Source: a virus (Duplodnaviria > Caudoviricetes). From it: a stretch of DNA of 62,071 nucleotides. Position numbers and translations under genes: made by a program. The notes under the pieces are model-generated. The model made no database searches, was not told the DNA's origin, and saw only the letters and a list, made by a program, of their open reading frames with translations. Positions 10,268-20,522 of this stretch are shown here, one piece after another. Every line of letters begins with the position of its first letter. Within the stretch, counting starts at the first letter, position 1. Location of the stretch: positions 1-62,071 of IMG/VR virus record IMGVR_UViG_3300025000_000102; one strand, given 5' to 3'.

Positions 10268-12670
10268 ATGAAAATCATTGCCATAATAAGGAATATTTTG
10301 GTAAGAGTCGGGGCCGATATAACCTCGTATCAACGCAATATGGCAACAGCCCAACGCACTACAACCGGATGGCAAACAGCTATGCGAACCGCTACCGCAA
10401 GCACTCACTCAAGCATGCAATCCATGGTAGCTTCATTAACAATGGGAAGGCTCGGACTCATCGCGCTCGGCGCGGCAGCCATAGCAACGTTTGGCATCGT
10501 GGGCAAGAAAGCTATAAGCTCGGCCATGGACGTTGTTGAGTCAGAAAGCTTATTCGCGGTTTCAATGGGCAGTATGGGAGCGGCCGCGCGTGCGTGGAGC
10601 GAACAATTACAGGCATCACTCGGGCTAAACGCCTACGAAGTTCGCCGTAATGTTGGTGTATTTTACAACATGACGACATCCATGGGATTAACTAGGAATG
10701 CAGCATACAAACTTTCTACCGACTTAACGAAACTTGCCTACGACATGTCATCATTTTACAATATGCCCGTCGAAGAAATGTTTACCAAGCTGCAATCCGG
10801 CATAACAGGGGAGACAGAACCACTAAAGCGGATTGGTATCCTGGTACTGGATAGCACGATCAAGCAGTACGCCTATGCCGAGGGAATAGCCAACGTTGGA
10901 GCAGAGCTGACGGAGCAACAGAAAGTTATGGCTCGGTATCTTGCGATCATGGGCCAAACAAAAAATGCCAACGGGGATTTAGCGCGCACTATCACCAGCC
11001 CCTCGAACCAATTACGCTTACTTCGTATGCAATTGCAACTCGCCAGCATTAACCTCGGTAACGCATTCATGCCTATCGTGACAATTGTTATGCCGATACT
11101 GACCAACTTCGCCAAAGGCCTAGTACGTGTTACGAATACATTCGCGCAGTTTATGTCAGCCCTATTTGGCACCAACAGCGCGCAAGCTCAGAACGCACAA
11201 TCTGCCGCCGATGCAGCCGCCGCCGAAGGTAAACTCGGGGATGCAGCTAAAAAGGCAGGAGACAAGGCCAAGAAGAGTGTCGCAGGGTTTGATCAGTTAA
11301 ATTTATTGCAGGAGAATCTTGCCGCTGGTGCTGGGGGAGCTGCTGATGCGTTGGACGGTGGGAGCACGATGCCCACGCCAGCTAAGGATGGCAGTGGTGG
11401 GGGGGTGATACCGCAGGGTGTGCTTGACGCGGCAAATAAAACAAGAGCTGTCCTTGGTAACTTAAAGCAAAAAGCCAACGAAGTATCCGAGTCATTACTC
11501 ACCGTCTTTGGCCCATTAATTCAGCAGTCCGTTTTAGTTTTTAGGAACGTAGTTAACGGCGTAAAGGAATCCCTCTCTATGATGTACAAGACAGTTAGTG
11601 CATCCCTAAAACCAATAATAGATTGGTTTGTTACTAACGGTCTCCCTTTGTTAGCATCTTTCGGATCAGGAGCAGCAACTATTTTCCAATCTATATTTAA
11701 TACAGCCAAGGCTATATTCGATACCCTATGGCAAGGTGTAGTTGATCCTGCAATGAAGCTTATCTCCAAGATAGTCCTTGATGCCCTTAATATGATCAAA
11801 GGATTCTGGGATAAGTACGGAGCAGATATCGTTGGTGGAATAGTAGGAGTATTCGAAAGCATTAAGACTTTATTTACTCAACTTTGGAACTCATTCCTTG
11901 GTCCAATCGTGAAGAATATGCTGACTGAATTAAGTTGGTTTTGGGATAAACACCTCAAGGGCGTTTTTGAAGAAGTAATGAGTTTTATAGGTAAACTAGT
12001 AACTGGAGCCCTGCAGATCTGGAATGAATTCATATCTCCTGTAATTAACTACCTTGTTAGAGACTTAGGCCCAGCTTTCTCCTTAGCGTTCAGCCTTGCT
12101 GCCGATGTGTTTGGTACATTTATTGCAGTTATCGCGGATTCGGTCAAGGCGATATTTAGGATACTCGGAGGCGTAATTGACTTTATTGTCGGAGTATTCA
12201 CGGGTGATTGGGCAAAGGCTTGGCAAGGGGTTAAGGATATATTTGGCGGCATATTTGATGGGATAGCAGCGATAGTAAAAGGAGTAATAAACACTATTAT
12301 TGACCTAGTAAACCTCATGATACGTGGATTGGATAAAATTAGCTTTGATATACCGGGGAAAGGTAAGTTTGGGGTAGATATACCAGAAATACCAAAACTC
12401 GCAAACGGCGGAGCTGCCTATTCCCCATCTCTCGCAGTGATCGGAGATAATAAACAAGCCTTCAATGACCCAGAGATCGTGAGTCCTCTATCTAAGATGC
12501 AAGAAGGCATATATCAAGCCGTATCCAATGCCATGGCATCCAACCGAGGAAACAACTCCGGAGACACCACAGTAATCCTCAAGCTCGGCGAATCTGAACT
12601 AGGCCGCGCAGTAATCAAGGCTGTAAACTCCGTCCAACGGCAAACCGGAAAAACATTATTATCGATCTAA
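10268..12670 (+). CDS. Tape measure protein
   Basis: ~800 aa, Ala/Gly-rich helical, GETEPLKRIG motif, periodic W/F repeats, C-terminal IPKLANGG. Confidence 0.93.
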   Translation: MKIIAIIRNILVRVGADITSYQRNMATAQRTTTGWQTAMRTATASTHSSMQSMVASLTMGRLGLIALGAAAIATFGIVGKKAISSAMDVVESESLFAVSMGSMGAAARAWSEQLQASLGLNAYEVRRNVGVFYNMTTSMGLTRNAAYKLSTDLTKLAYDMSSFYNMPVEEMFTKLQSGITGETEPLKRIGILVLDSTIKQYAYAEGIANVGAELTEQQKVMARYLAIMGQTKNANGDLARTITSPSNQLRLLRMQLQLASINLGNAFMPIVTIVMPILTNFAKGLVRVTNTFAQFMSALFGTNSAQAQNAQSAADAAAAEGKLGDAAKKAGDKAKKSVAGFDQLNLLQENLAAGAGGAADALDGGSTMPTPAKDGSGGGVIPQGVLDAANKTRAVLGNLKQKANEVSESLLTVFGPLIQQSVLVFRNVVNGVKESLSMMYKTVSASLKPIIDWFVTNGLPLLASFGSGAATIFQSIFNTAKAIFDTLWQGVVDPAMKLISKIVLDALNMIKGFWDKYGADIVGGIVGVFESIKTLFTQLWNSFLGPIVKNMLTELSWFWDKHLKGVFEEVMSFIGKLVTGALQIWNEFISPVINYLVRDLGPAFSLAFSLAADVFGTFIAVIADSVKAIFRILGGVIDFIVGVFTGDWAKAWQGVKDIFGGIFDGIAAIVKGVINTIIDLVNLMIRGLDKISFDIPGKGKFGVDIPEIPKLANGGAAYSPSLAVIGDNKQAFNDPEIVSPLSKMQEGIYQAVSNAMASNRGNNSGDTTVILKLGESELGRAVIKAVNSVQRQTGKTLLSI

Positions 12671-12682
12671 GGAGGTGGCAGA

Positions 12683-13042
12683 ATGTTAATTAAAGTAAAC
12701 GGAACAGAAATCGCCGCATACCCAATGGAATTTTCTGTCACTCCCTTAGATTTAGATAACGCCGATTCAACAACTAGATCCATGGATGGGACACTAAACA
12801 GGGATAGAATTACAACGAAGAGGCAAATCGAAATGACGTGGGGAACACTGGATTGGTCAACAACATCCGCACTCCTACAATCGATGAGCGACGTGTTCTT
12901 CGAGTTCTACTATCCCGATCCAATGGACGGAACATACGCCACTCGAACATTTTACGTCGGAAATAGACCAACGCCATTCACCATGAACAAAGGCAGTACA
13001 ATCTTATGGGCTGGACTAAAAGTCACCCTAACCGAAAAATAA
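12683..13042 (+). CDS. Distal tail (Dit-like) protein
   Basis: Follows TMP; R..DGT..RDRI..KR and TFYVGNR motifs. Confidence 0.75.
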   Translation: MLIKVNGTEIAAYPMEFSVTPLDLDNADSTTRSMDGTLNRDRITTKRQIEMTWGTLDWSTTSALLQSMSDVFFEFYYPDPMDGTYATRTFYVGNRPTPFTMNKGSTILWAGLKVTLTEK

Positions 13043-13054
13043 GGAGGGCTGGGC

Positions 13055-14290
13055 ATGTATCCCGTATCACCACTGTTTGAGAACTACATCACTCAGCATG
13101 GAAGGGAGTTTGAAACTAAAGCCATCGTAGGCGGGGTAACATACGACAAAACGGCAGTAATTGAATTTGACATCGAGGAAAGCCTTATCGCGTCTGAAGA
13201 GTTTTTGCTTGGCACAACCATTGCGTCAAGGCTAGATATAGCGATCAGGACAACCAACACGATTGTAGATGACGCTAAGGTTGAACCTTTTGTGAGATTA
13301 AACGGCTCAAGCGGATATACAGACTGGGTACCTCTTGGCTCTTACTATATCGACTCTAAGTCTTACCAAGACGGCATTTGGCATCTTACGTGTTTTGATA
13401 AGCTAGTAGAGTCTCAGAAGTTATATGTGTCATCATTGACCTATCCTGCAACTATGGCGGCTGTATTCGCGGATATATGCGACGAGCTAGACTATACGGT
13501 GGATTCTAGCGTGGACATTGACTCGCTGTACATGATACCTACGGCCCCTGTTGATACGAGCATGAGAGATATGCTAGGATACATCGCAGCAGCGCACGCA
13601 GCCTGTGTACGCATGAACAAGGATAATAAGATCGCTTTTGTTAAATTTAATACAGGCGCAGATCCAACAGCAATTACAGCATCAGACTATTACAAGTTAA
13701 CTCAGACGAACCCACTAAGAACCTACACCGGACTCATATTGACTACCGACAATACTCTGCCGACGATATCTTCTGGCTATGGTGCAGGCCCAATCCACGT
13801 CTTCAACCCCTACATGGACCAAGATAAGCTATACAACGTATTTACCGAGTTGGATGGACTAGCCTATACCCCATTCGAAATGGACTGGAAGGGCAGGCCA
13901 GACCTTGAAATTGGCGACCCAATAACGGTAGCCAAGCGAGACGGCACCACATTTCCTTCGATTGTTTTTTACAGCAAATCGTCGTACAAGGGCGGGCTCA
14001 AGTCAACGATTAAGGCCCCTGCATACACCACGCAGAAAAGCGATACAGCGTATGGTGGGAGCCTCAAGGATTATGCCATAAAGATTGATAAGAAGGTTGT
14101 TGCTGCTGGTGGAGGTGGGGTTGCAGTTCCTTTCACGACCCTAACTCTTGAATTTTTGGCTGCCGATGCAGGGCTTACAGTTACAAGGGATGGTACTACC
14201 GAGACTTGGACTTGGCTGAAAGATAGTCAAGGTAGGATAACGCACATGACGACACCTACGGGCAGAGAATATACGGCGGTATTCAATTAA
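13055..14290 (+). CDS. Baseplate hub / Tal-like tail protein
   Basis: WVPLGSYYID and WKGRPDLEIGD motifs; position after Dit. Confidence 0.7.
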   Translation: MYPVSPLFENYITQHGREFETKAIVGGVTYDKTAVIEFDIEESLIASEEFLLGTTIASRLDIAIRTTNTIVDDAKVEPFVRLNGSSGYTDWVPLGSYYIDSKSYQDGIWHLTCFDKLVESQKLYVSSLTYPATMAAVFADICDELDYTVDSSVDIDSLYMIPTAPVDTSMRDMLGYIAAAHAACVRMNKDNKIAFVKFNTGADPTAITASDYYKLTQTNPLRTYTGLILTTDNTLPTISSGYGAGPIHVFNPYMDQDKLYNVFTELDGLAYTPFEMDWKGRPDLEIGDPITVAKRDGTTFPSIVFYSKSSYKGGLKSTIKAPAYTTQKSDTAYGGSLKDYAIKIDKKVVAAGGGGVAVPFTTLTLEFLAADAGLTVTRDGTTETWTWLKDSQGRITHMTTPTGREYTAVFN

Positions 14291-14333
14291 ATGTCGTATT
14301 GAATACACGGGACAGAGGTGGTGAAAAACCTAA

Positions 14334-14822
14334 ATGCCTGGAACGAGTTTTAGTGATGCCATAGCAATATTAAGTAGTGATCCCGTGAATTGCGTAATTT
14401 CCACTCCTGGACAAAAGGTATACTACAGCTTTATCCCTCCTATCAGTGCTATTGCCGTAATAAAAGGATTAAGCACCATAGATAATATAGCTCGGCTATA
14501 TAATTCAGTCTACACTCCGCTTGCTTTTAATGACGATGGTGGAGGTGACCTTCAATTTTTAATAACGTGGAGTGTTACAGCGGGGCAAACATATTATCTA
14601 AAATTAGAATTAAGTAATACCTTGATAACTGGTAATTTTAACTTTTCTGTATCTGGCATTTTTCCTGCCACTCACGACTGGGACGATTTTAATCAAGGCC
14701 TACTCATTGGCCTACAGATATCCGATAAAACTAGATTAGGCTATAACGTGGACGAAACGATTAAGGCTAAAGATATTGGGTATGGCCTAACAACTCCTGG
14801 ATACTGGACAGTGATCAGGTAA
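14334..14822 (+). CDS. Tail-tip accessory protein with PPC-like beta domain
   Basis: LAFNDDGGG...F.I...V.AGQTYYL resembles pre-peptidase C-terminal domains. Confidence 0.5.
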   Translation: MPGTSFSDAIAILSSDPVNCVISTPGQKVYYSFIPPISAIAVIKGLSTIDNIARLYNSVYTPLAFNDDGGGDLQFLITWSVTAGQTYYLKLELSNTLITGNFNFSVSGIFPATHDWDDFNQGLLIGLQISDKTRLGYNVDETIKAKDIGYGLTTPGYWTVIR

Positions 14823-14834
14823 GGAGGCGGTAAA

Positions 14835-16310
14835 GTGGGGGTTGATTATGATAACGGGTTAATTGTTGGCACTTTAATTGGAAAAGAAATATCACCTACA
14901 AGCGACAGATATATAGCAGGGGATATAATTAATCCTAGTTATCTAAAGTGGGATACAGCAGAAACGGTATGCCGGGAAAACCCCGATACATCCCTAGATT
15001 GCATCTTAATTGGTGTTGATCCTAATGGGAATCTCTATATGTTAGAACAAAGTATAACTGGTTCTGATTCTCCATACGATGTGCTTAAAAAGTACAATCT
15101 TGATGGTAATTTATTGTGGTCAGTTTCTATCGAAGGCGGAGCGCAAGCACTGCCAACCCAAAACTATGTTGACATAAGCGGAAACATCTACGTGATGAAG
15201 TACAATAATGTTGGATTAGTTATTGCTGACGGAGGAAACAACTCCGGGTACACAACGTCTATTATTAAAGTTAGCCCTGACGGTAATACGAATGTACTAC
15301 GTTCAGTAGGCGGTAAAGCGAGTGCTCTAGGCGTTGACAACCTGTTTGGATACTTTTACATAGGTTGGCGTTTCGCTGACTTGGTTAATTACACAACGTC
15401 TTATATGGTGATAAAATCTGACCCTGATGGCGTGGAAGTTTGGCAACGTGAAACCTATTATGTCAGCGGTTTAGTCGTGGATAACCTGCAAAACATTTAC
15501 GCCGAGTGTACGGGGCAGATTATTAAATTCGACAAGCTCGGTAGCACACTCCTCGTGATACCGGAAGACGGAGGAGGAACGCTGAGGGTTGATATATTAG
15601 GAAACCTTTATGCCGGAATTGTAGGCAGTGGTGGGTTAAAAAAGTTTACTCCTGCTGGCGCGAGCGTATGGGGCGGTGGGGGAACATATTTTATTGCGGT
15701 AGACAGAAACACTTATCCTATGTTAGTTACGTGTAGCGGCGGAGCTAACATAATTAACGCCAAAAACGGGGATGTGGTGTGGCATAAGGCGGGTACTTAT
15801 ACCGGATGCGCCGTTGATGCTCAGGGAAATTTTTATTTTGGAAGTAACTCTGCGGTTATACGATTAACTGCCAGTGATCACTTTTTGATTACAGGTCCAA
15901 GGGATGCTAATTTTGTCGCCACTCTTAACACTTATGATGACAATGCGTCAAAACAAATTTTAGGATGTGCTCAAGATACGGCAAATGATGTTACTAATAA
16001 TACTAACGCAAGGGTAACTGGTAGCTTGTCTGTTAATGGGACGTGGCCGCATATATCGTTTACTATACAGCTAGGCCTAACTTATACCAACAGCGACATA
16101 CAGTTATACATTAAGCAAGAGGGTAAGATATACTTGCAAGTATTAAGTATCCCGCGCAAAAATGCATTAGATTTGGTGGGACTAACGCTTGATGTCGAGA
16201 ACAATACCATTTACCCAATTGAAATTATTGTTATTAATGAGGATTCGGTAGATCCTAGGTTTGTCCTCGGGGCCGTAACGGGTAGCAATACGTCGGTCAC
16301 TGTAATCTAA
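14835..16310 (+). CDS. Beta-propeller tail/receptor-binding protein
   Basis: Repeated VD..GN.Y and K....G...W blades. Confidence 0.65.
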   Translation: MGVDYDNGLIVGTLIGKEISPTSDRYIAGDIINPSYLKWDTAETVCRENPDTSLDCILIGVDPNGNLYMLEQSITGSDSPYDVLKKYNLDGNLLWSVSIEGGAQALPTQNYVDISGNIYVMKYNNVGLVIADGGNNSGYTTSIIKVSPDGNTNVLRSVGGKASALGVDNLFGYFYIGWRFADLVNYTTSYMVIKSDPDGVEVWQRETYYVSGLVVDNLQNIYAECTGQIIKFDKLGSTLLVIPEDGGGTLRVDILGNLYAGIVGSGGLKKFTPAGASVWGGGGTYFIAVDRNTYPMLVTCSGGANIINAKNGDVVWHKAGTYTGCAVDAQGNFYFGSNSAVIRLTASDHFLITGPRDANFVATLNTYDDNASKQILGCAQDTANDVTNNTNARVTGSLSVNGTWPHISFTIQLGLTYTNSDIQLYIKQEGKIYLQVLSIPRKNALDLVGLTLDVENNTIYPIEIIVINEDSVDPRFVLGAVTGSNTSVTVI

Positions 16311-16312
16311 GT

Positions 16313-16336
16313 AAGAGCCGTAAGGGCTTGTTTTTT
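16313..16336 (+). terminator. Terminator-like hairpin
   Basis: AAGAGCC-GTAA-GGGCTT followed by T tract. Confidence 0.5.
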
Positions 16337-16360
16337 ATGCAAAGAAAGGGATGATCACAC

Positions 16361-16666
16361 ATGAATCTCGAAAAAGAAAGCAAACTCATGACCTCGCAGC
16401 CGCGGCAGCCAATTGGTAAATCCCAACTCTACGCCCTGCTCGTGGATGCGGCAGGTAATCCGGTGCTCGACGGAGATGGGAATCAGCAGGTCGTTGCGCT
16501 GCAGTCCGTGGATGGTAAACTGCAGGTTAGCTCTGGTATGGAAGATTATGGCGCAACCGTAGCGACTAGACCGCTCGCTACCGCCGTGCCAATAGGTTTT
16601 GTGTTTATGTCTGTTGCAACCCAGGAGATATGGCAATCAGACGGAACGAATTGGGTGGTGATGTAG
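16361..16666 (+). CDS. Small tail fibre-associated protein
   Basis: RBS; C-terminal GATVATRP...WQSDGTNWV motif typical of fibre adaptors. Confidence 0.55.
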   Translation: MNLEKESKLMTSQPRQPIGKSQLYALLVDAAGNPVLDGDGNQQVVALQSVDGKLQVSSGMEDYGATVATRPLATAVPIGFVFMSVATQEIWQSDGTNWVVM

Positions 16667-16667
16667 G

Positions 16668-18086
16668 ATGGACCCAATATTATTAAGTAAGATCAAGAAA
16701 GTCGATGCCGATCGTCTGTCAGATAAGGAAGAAACTACGACAGAACTAGCATTGAAGGCGACAAGTGTTTACGTTGATATAAAATTTGGTTCTATGGGTA
16801 GCACAAAAACCTATAAAGGATCATGTTTATTTGCAAATTTGCCAGCAAGCGAAATGATGGTTGATGATTATTGGTATATAAGTGATCAAGCGACTAACCG
16901 TTGTTGGAATGGTTCGGTTTGGGGTGATATAGGCAACTCTTTGATTATTGGTGACAAGACCATAACACCTAAACAATCAAGTTTTGCTAAAGTAGGTAAA
17001 AACATGGTTGATACTTTAGACCCTATATTTGTTGGCAAACTTATTGTCACAGATGGGTCAATAGGTGTTTTTAATGTAAACACGCAAGTTAACACCTCCA
17101 AGCCTGTAAAACTAACAATCGGGAAAACGTATACGGTGTCTAACAACGCGCCAATTCATGTTTACCTAACCTTTGCCACTACAGATATAGTTACTCCAGG
17201 TGGCGGTATTACTGGTTTTGTAAGTCAATTTGTAACAAACATAACGAATACAGGCAACGCAGAAAGGACTTATACCTTTGTCGCGGATGCGGAGTATATG
17301 TATGTTTCTTACTTTAACGATACTTCAACAACTAATTCAATTTTAACAGTTCAAGTCGAATTTGGGGCATTAAAAACAGTTTGGGAAAAATATCAACTAG
17401 TCTTTAATGTTGCTAATTTTCCTATTAAAGAACTGGACGATATACCAGTTAAAGATTTTTCAATATTTGATCTTGCATATATTAAAAATAACGAACTAGT
17501 TTTAGAAAATAGTTATGTTGGCACTACAGGTTTAATCGCAAAGTATACAGGGATTGATCTTGGCGAAAATCCAACAAGTGTAATGTGCAAAGCTAAGATG
17601 CGTACAAATGCGAGTGTGACGTTAATAGCTACGCCTAACCACACAAACGCAATTGCTGACATTACCAATCGGGCTATCCATATCTCATATGCTTCATTTG
17701 GGTATTATCTAGGATTTGCTGAAAATGGTGTTATTACAAACGTAAAAACAGGTGGTTATGCCGTTGATGATACAGGTGTTACTGAGTATGAAATGGGGTG
17801 GTCTGTCGATGGAGACATAATTACCCTGTATTTACCAGACGGTACAACGACAACGTTTACAGACGCTAGAGTCAGCACTTGCAATGGGCGATTTATAATA
17901 TGGGAACATTATTTGTCCGAGTCGTCTGTAACAAATGACGATAGGCCATCATTTACTTATTTGTACGCTAAAGGGTTGACATTACCTGCTTTAGTGGATA
18001 GTTTTAAGAGATTTGATGGAGCTATCGGGATTGCACCTAGCGGGCATGTTTATTATCAATATCGTAATGTTGTTGCTGGCGACTAG
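16668..18086 (+). CDS. Tail fibre / receptor-binding protein
   Basis: Last tail gene; AT-rich, beta-rich; VGKNM...QVEFG..T.WEKY carbohydrate-binding-like module. Confidence 0.6.
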   Translation: MDPILLSKIKKVDADRLSDKEETTTELALKATSVYVDIKFGSMGSTKTYKGSCLFANLPASEMMVDDYWYISDQATNRCWNGSVWGDIGNSLIIGDKTITPKQSSFAKVGKNMVDTLDPIFVGKLIVTDGSIGVFNVNTQVNTSKPVKLTIGKTYTVSNNAPIHVYLTFATTDIVTPGGGITGFVSQFVTNITNTGNAERTYTFVADAEYMYVSYFNDTSTTNSILTVQVEFGALKTVWEKYQLVFNVANFPIKELDDIPVKDFSIFDLAYIKNNELVLENSYVGTTGLIAKYTGIDLGENPTSVMCKAKMRTNASVTLIATPNHTNAIADITNRAIHISYASFGYYLGFAENGVITNVKTGGYAVDDTGVTEYEMGWSVDGDIITLYLPDGTTTTFTDARVSTCNGRFIIWEHYLSESSVTNDDRPSFTYLYAKGLTLPALVDSFKRFDGAIGIAPSGHVYYQYRNVVAGD

Positions 18087-18430
18087 TGCGTAGTAGACGC
18101 ATTATCCGACAGACGTATGGGCAAAAAAGAAAGACCCTCAAAGGGGCCTATTGGACCAAGTATTGATGGTGTGATTGCTTCCGTTTCTCGTCGGTCATGG
18201 ACGCGTATCACTCCTCTTGTATAACCCGGAGCGATCACTTACAATGTAGGTAAGGCGCTGGTATAGTAAGGTGATTTGCGATTGTGGGCAAAAATTAAAT
18301 TGGGACGAATAATTCTAGTTAACACAAAAAGACGCTGAAGTTTAATCTCCGGCGTCTTTCGCATTTCGAGTTTATTTCAACCTCATCGCGAGGTTATTTT
18401 TTTATGGGCTTCATGAAAGGATGGTGACGC

Positions 18431-18829
18431 ATGAGTGATTATTGGGGTTGCTTAGTCGCTATAGGGGCATTCGTCTCATGGCTTATCGGAGGATTTGATA
18501 CCTTAGTCCAGACATTAGTTATCTTCATTGTTATCGATTATTCCACCGGCCTAGCAAAAGCCTGGATAAGCAAAGAGCTCAGTAGCCAAAAAGGTTTGCG
18601 CGGAATAGTCAAGAAGCTAGCCTTGATCTCACTTGTGGTAGTCGCCGAAAAGATAGATTTCCTTATTGGAGGAAATGATTTTATGCGCAATGCAATCATT
18701 TACAGTCTGATCACAAACGAGACGATATCCATCCTTGAAAATGCAGGACACATGGGAATACCTATACCAAAACAGTTTTTTCAAGCACTTGATAAGTTGA
18801 AGAGTAAGACGGAGGAGAAGGGAGACTAA
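18431..18829 (+). CDS. Holin (phage holin 4 / toxin-secretion family)
   Basis: GGFD.L...L..F..IDY.TG, SS.KG..G..KK, NE..SILEN..MGIPIP. Confidence 0.92.
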   Translation: MSDYWGCLVAIGAFVSWLIGGFDTLVQTLVIFIVIDYSTGLAKAWISKELSSQKGLRGIVKKLALISLVVVAEKIDFLIGGNDFMRNAIIYSLITNETISILENAGHMGIPIPKQFFQALDKLKSKTEEKGD

Positions 18830-18831
18830 TT

Positions 18832-19584
18832 ATGTACATAGACTGGGAACCATCGCTAAACTTTAGCGCTGGCCGATCAGGTAGAAAAGTAATTGCCATA
18901 GTTGATCATATCACTTCCGGAGCCTATCCGGGATGCAGAGAATGGATGCAGAATCCAGCATCTAAAGCCAGCGCTCACTATGTTGTTTCAAGGTCTGGGG
19001 GGATAGACCAACTCGTTAGAGACAGCGATACAGCATGGCATGCCGGGATAGTAAATAGGCCTAATTGGAGCCTCTATGACGGTTCTAATCCTAACAGGTA
19101 TACAATTGGTATAGAACATGAAGGTCAGCCCGGGGAAGCGCTTACAGAGGATCAATACCAAGCAACGATTTGGCTACACAGGGATCTGATCAAAAAATAC
19201 GGAATACCGATAGACACCGATCACATTATCGGGCACTACCGGATTGACAGTATTAACCGACCAGACTGTCCTGGTGCAGGATTTCCGTGGGAACGGTTAT
19301 TTAAGGATTTGAAGGGGGAGAGTGACGTGTTAGAGGTAGCTGTTTTATTGTATACCAAAGAAGACTATTGGGCCGGGGCCGATGTGGCCGAAAAGAATGG
19401 TAACTGTGCGGTGTTTGTGCGGGGCACGGATCGATCGGCACCAAAGGATGCCACGAGTGCGAAGAAGTTGATCGTGGTGGGCGGAGCAACTACGGGGCAC
19501 GCGGGGGAAGTGCTGTTGTCCGGGGAGACGAAGTTTGATACGGCCGCGGCGGTTGGGAAGTATTTGGGACAGGAAGACAGGTAA
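18832..19584 (+). CDS. Endolysin, N-acetylmuramoyl-L-alanine amidase (Amidase_2)
   Basis: IVDHIT, SAHYVV, AWHAG, IGIEHEG, IIGH...CPG; C-terminal cell-wall-binding-like domain. Confidence 0.93.
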   Translation: MYIDWEPSLNFSAGRSGRKVIAIVDHITSGAYPGCREWMQNPASKASAHYVVSRSGGIDQLVRDSDTAWHAGIVNRPNWSLYDGSNPNRYTIGIEHEGQPGEALTEDQYQATIWLHRDLIKKYGIPIDTDHIIGHYRIDSINRPDCPGAGFPWERLFKDLKGESDVLEVAVLLYTKEDYWAGADVAEKNGNCAVFVRGTDRSAPKDATSAKKLIVVGGATTGHAGEVLLSGETKFDTAAAVGKYLGQEDR

Positions 19585-19664
19585 ACCTTAGACCCGCATT
19601 ATAGGCTGTGTAAACTCAAGTAAACTAGTTTACTAACGGTATACTAAGCGAGAGGATTGATAGC

Positions 19665-20009
19665 ATGAAAAGTTTGACTTGGTTTTGGACCGGATTTATA
19701 TCCCTTACATGGTGGCAAATGATACTATGGTTTGCTTATGCAATATACTTTGTGGTAACGGCGTACGCCTTTTGGGATTACACGAGTGATAGTTACGGCC
19801 TGAGAAAAGGATACAGGCGCATGATCTTTGGACGCGATAAGTATTTTCGGCTTTATCACATTGCAAAAATTGTGTTCACCATTCCTCCTGCTACATTGGG
19901 CTTGACGTTCCCTTTCTTAAGGAAGGTATTGGCTTACAGAATATATCAGTTTAAAGATGAAAAGAAGATTACGGATACTATTGAAAAACTTTGTAAAGCA
20001 GATTCCTAA
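19665..20009 (+). CDS. Membrane protein (moron within lysis region)
   Basis: RBS, two hydrophobic segments, upstream palindrome AGTAAACTAGTTTACT. Confidence 0.6.
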   Translation: MKSLTWFWTGFISLTWWQMILWFAYAIYFVVTAYAFWDYTSDSYGLRKGYRRMIFGRDKYFRLYHIAKIVFTIPPATLGLTFPFLRKVLAYRIYQFKDEKKITDTIEKLCKADS

Positions 20010-20074
20010 AAAAGGGCAGGAGTGTCAAGTGTTTAAAATCGGCAAGCGATTGCCAAAGTGAAAGGAGAGGAGGT

Positions 20075-20218
20075 ATGGGCATTATGCTTGCCTTACTAAT
20101 AATCGTGGCGTGTGTGCTTCTCTTGGCAGCATCAAGTCAACCACATGTGCGGAGTCCGAAACATCCTAAGATTAGACATCCCATGGAAGAGAAAAGCAGG
20201 AAAACAACCTGCTTTTAA
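20075..20218 (+). CDS. 47-aa peptide with single TM helix and basic tail
   Basis: AGGAGG RBS; MGIMLALLIIVACVLLLAASS...; not in ORF track. Confidence 0.4.
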   Translation: MGIMLALLIIVACVLLLAASSQPHVRSPKHPKIRHPMEEKSRKTTCF

Positions 20219-20249
20219 TTTTGTTCAAAAATGGAAGGTGGAAAAAAAC

Positions 20250-20450
20250 ATGCAAAAGAAATGGTGGGAATCTAAAGCTGTAGTAGGCGGCCTCATAACG
20301 GTATGCGCGGCAATAGCCGGGGGCTTTGGCATCGTGATCGACACGGATACGCAGGATCAGATATCAGAGTGCGTTGTGGTGGCCGCTACGGCTATAGGTG
20401 GCCTGTTGGCGATCTATGGCAGGGTGAAGGCGGAGCAGCAGATTAAATAG
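20250..20450 (+). CDS. Second holin-like 2-TM protein
   Basis: KKWWESK..GG...AIYGR..A motif; RBS GGAAGGTG. Confidence 0.65.
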   Translation: MQKKWWESKAVVGGLITVCAAIAGGFGIVIDTDTQDQISECVVVAATAIGGLLAIYGRVKAEQQIK

Positions 20451-20461
20451 GACATGACTAG

Positions 20462-20491
20462 AGCCCCGGGCCGTAATGGTTCGGGGTTTTT
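20462..20491. terminator. Terminator at end of late transcript (convergent junction)
   Basis: GCCCCGGGCC-GTAAT-GGTTCGGGGT then T tract. Confidence 0.7.
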
Positions 20492-20522
20492 TGTGTTTGA
20501 CCATGGAGATTACTTAATTCCC

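Noticed and set aside
10268-10279. Non-canonical ATT start for the tape measure
   Set aside because: ATT 10277 is well spaced from AGGAGG, but ATG 10268 has an alternative GAGGA RBS; cannot be resolved from sequence
13055-18430. Diversity-generating retroelement or invertase tail-fibre switch
   Set aside because: No reverse transcriptase, no TR/VR pair and no invertase seen
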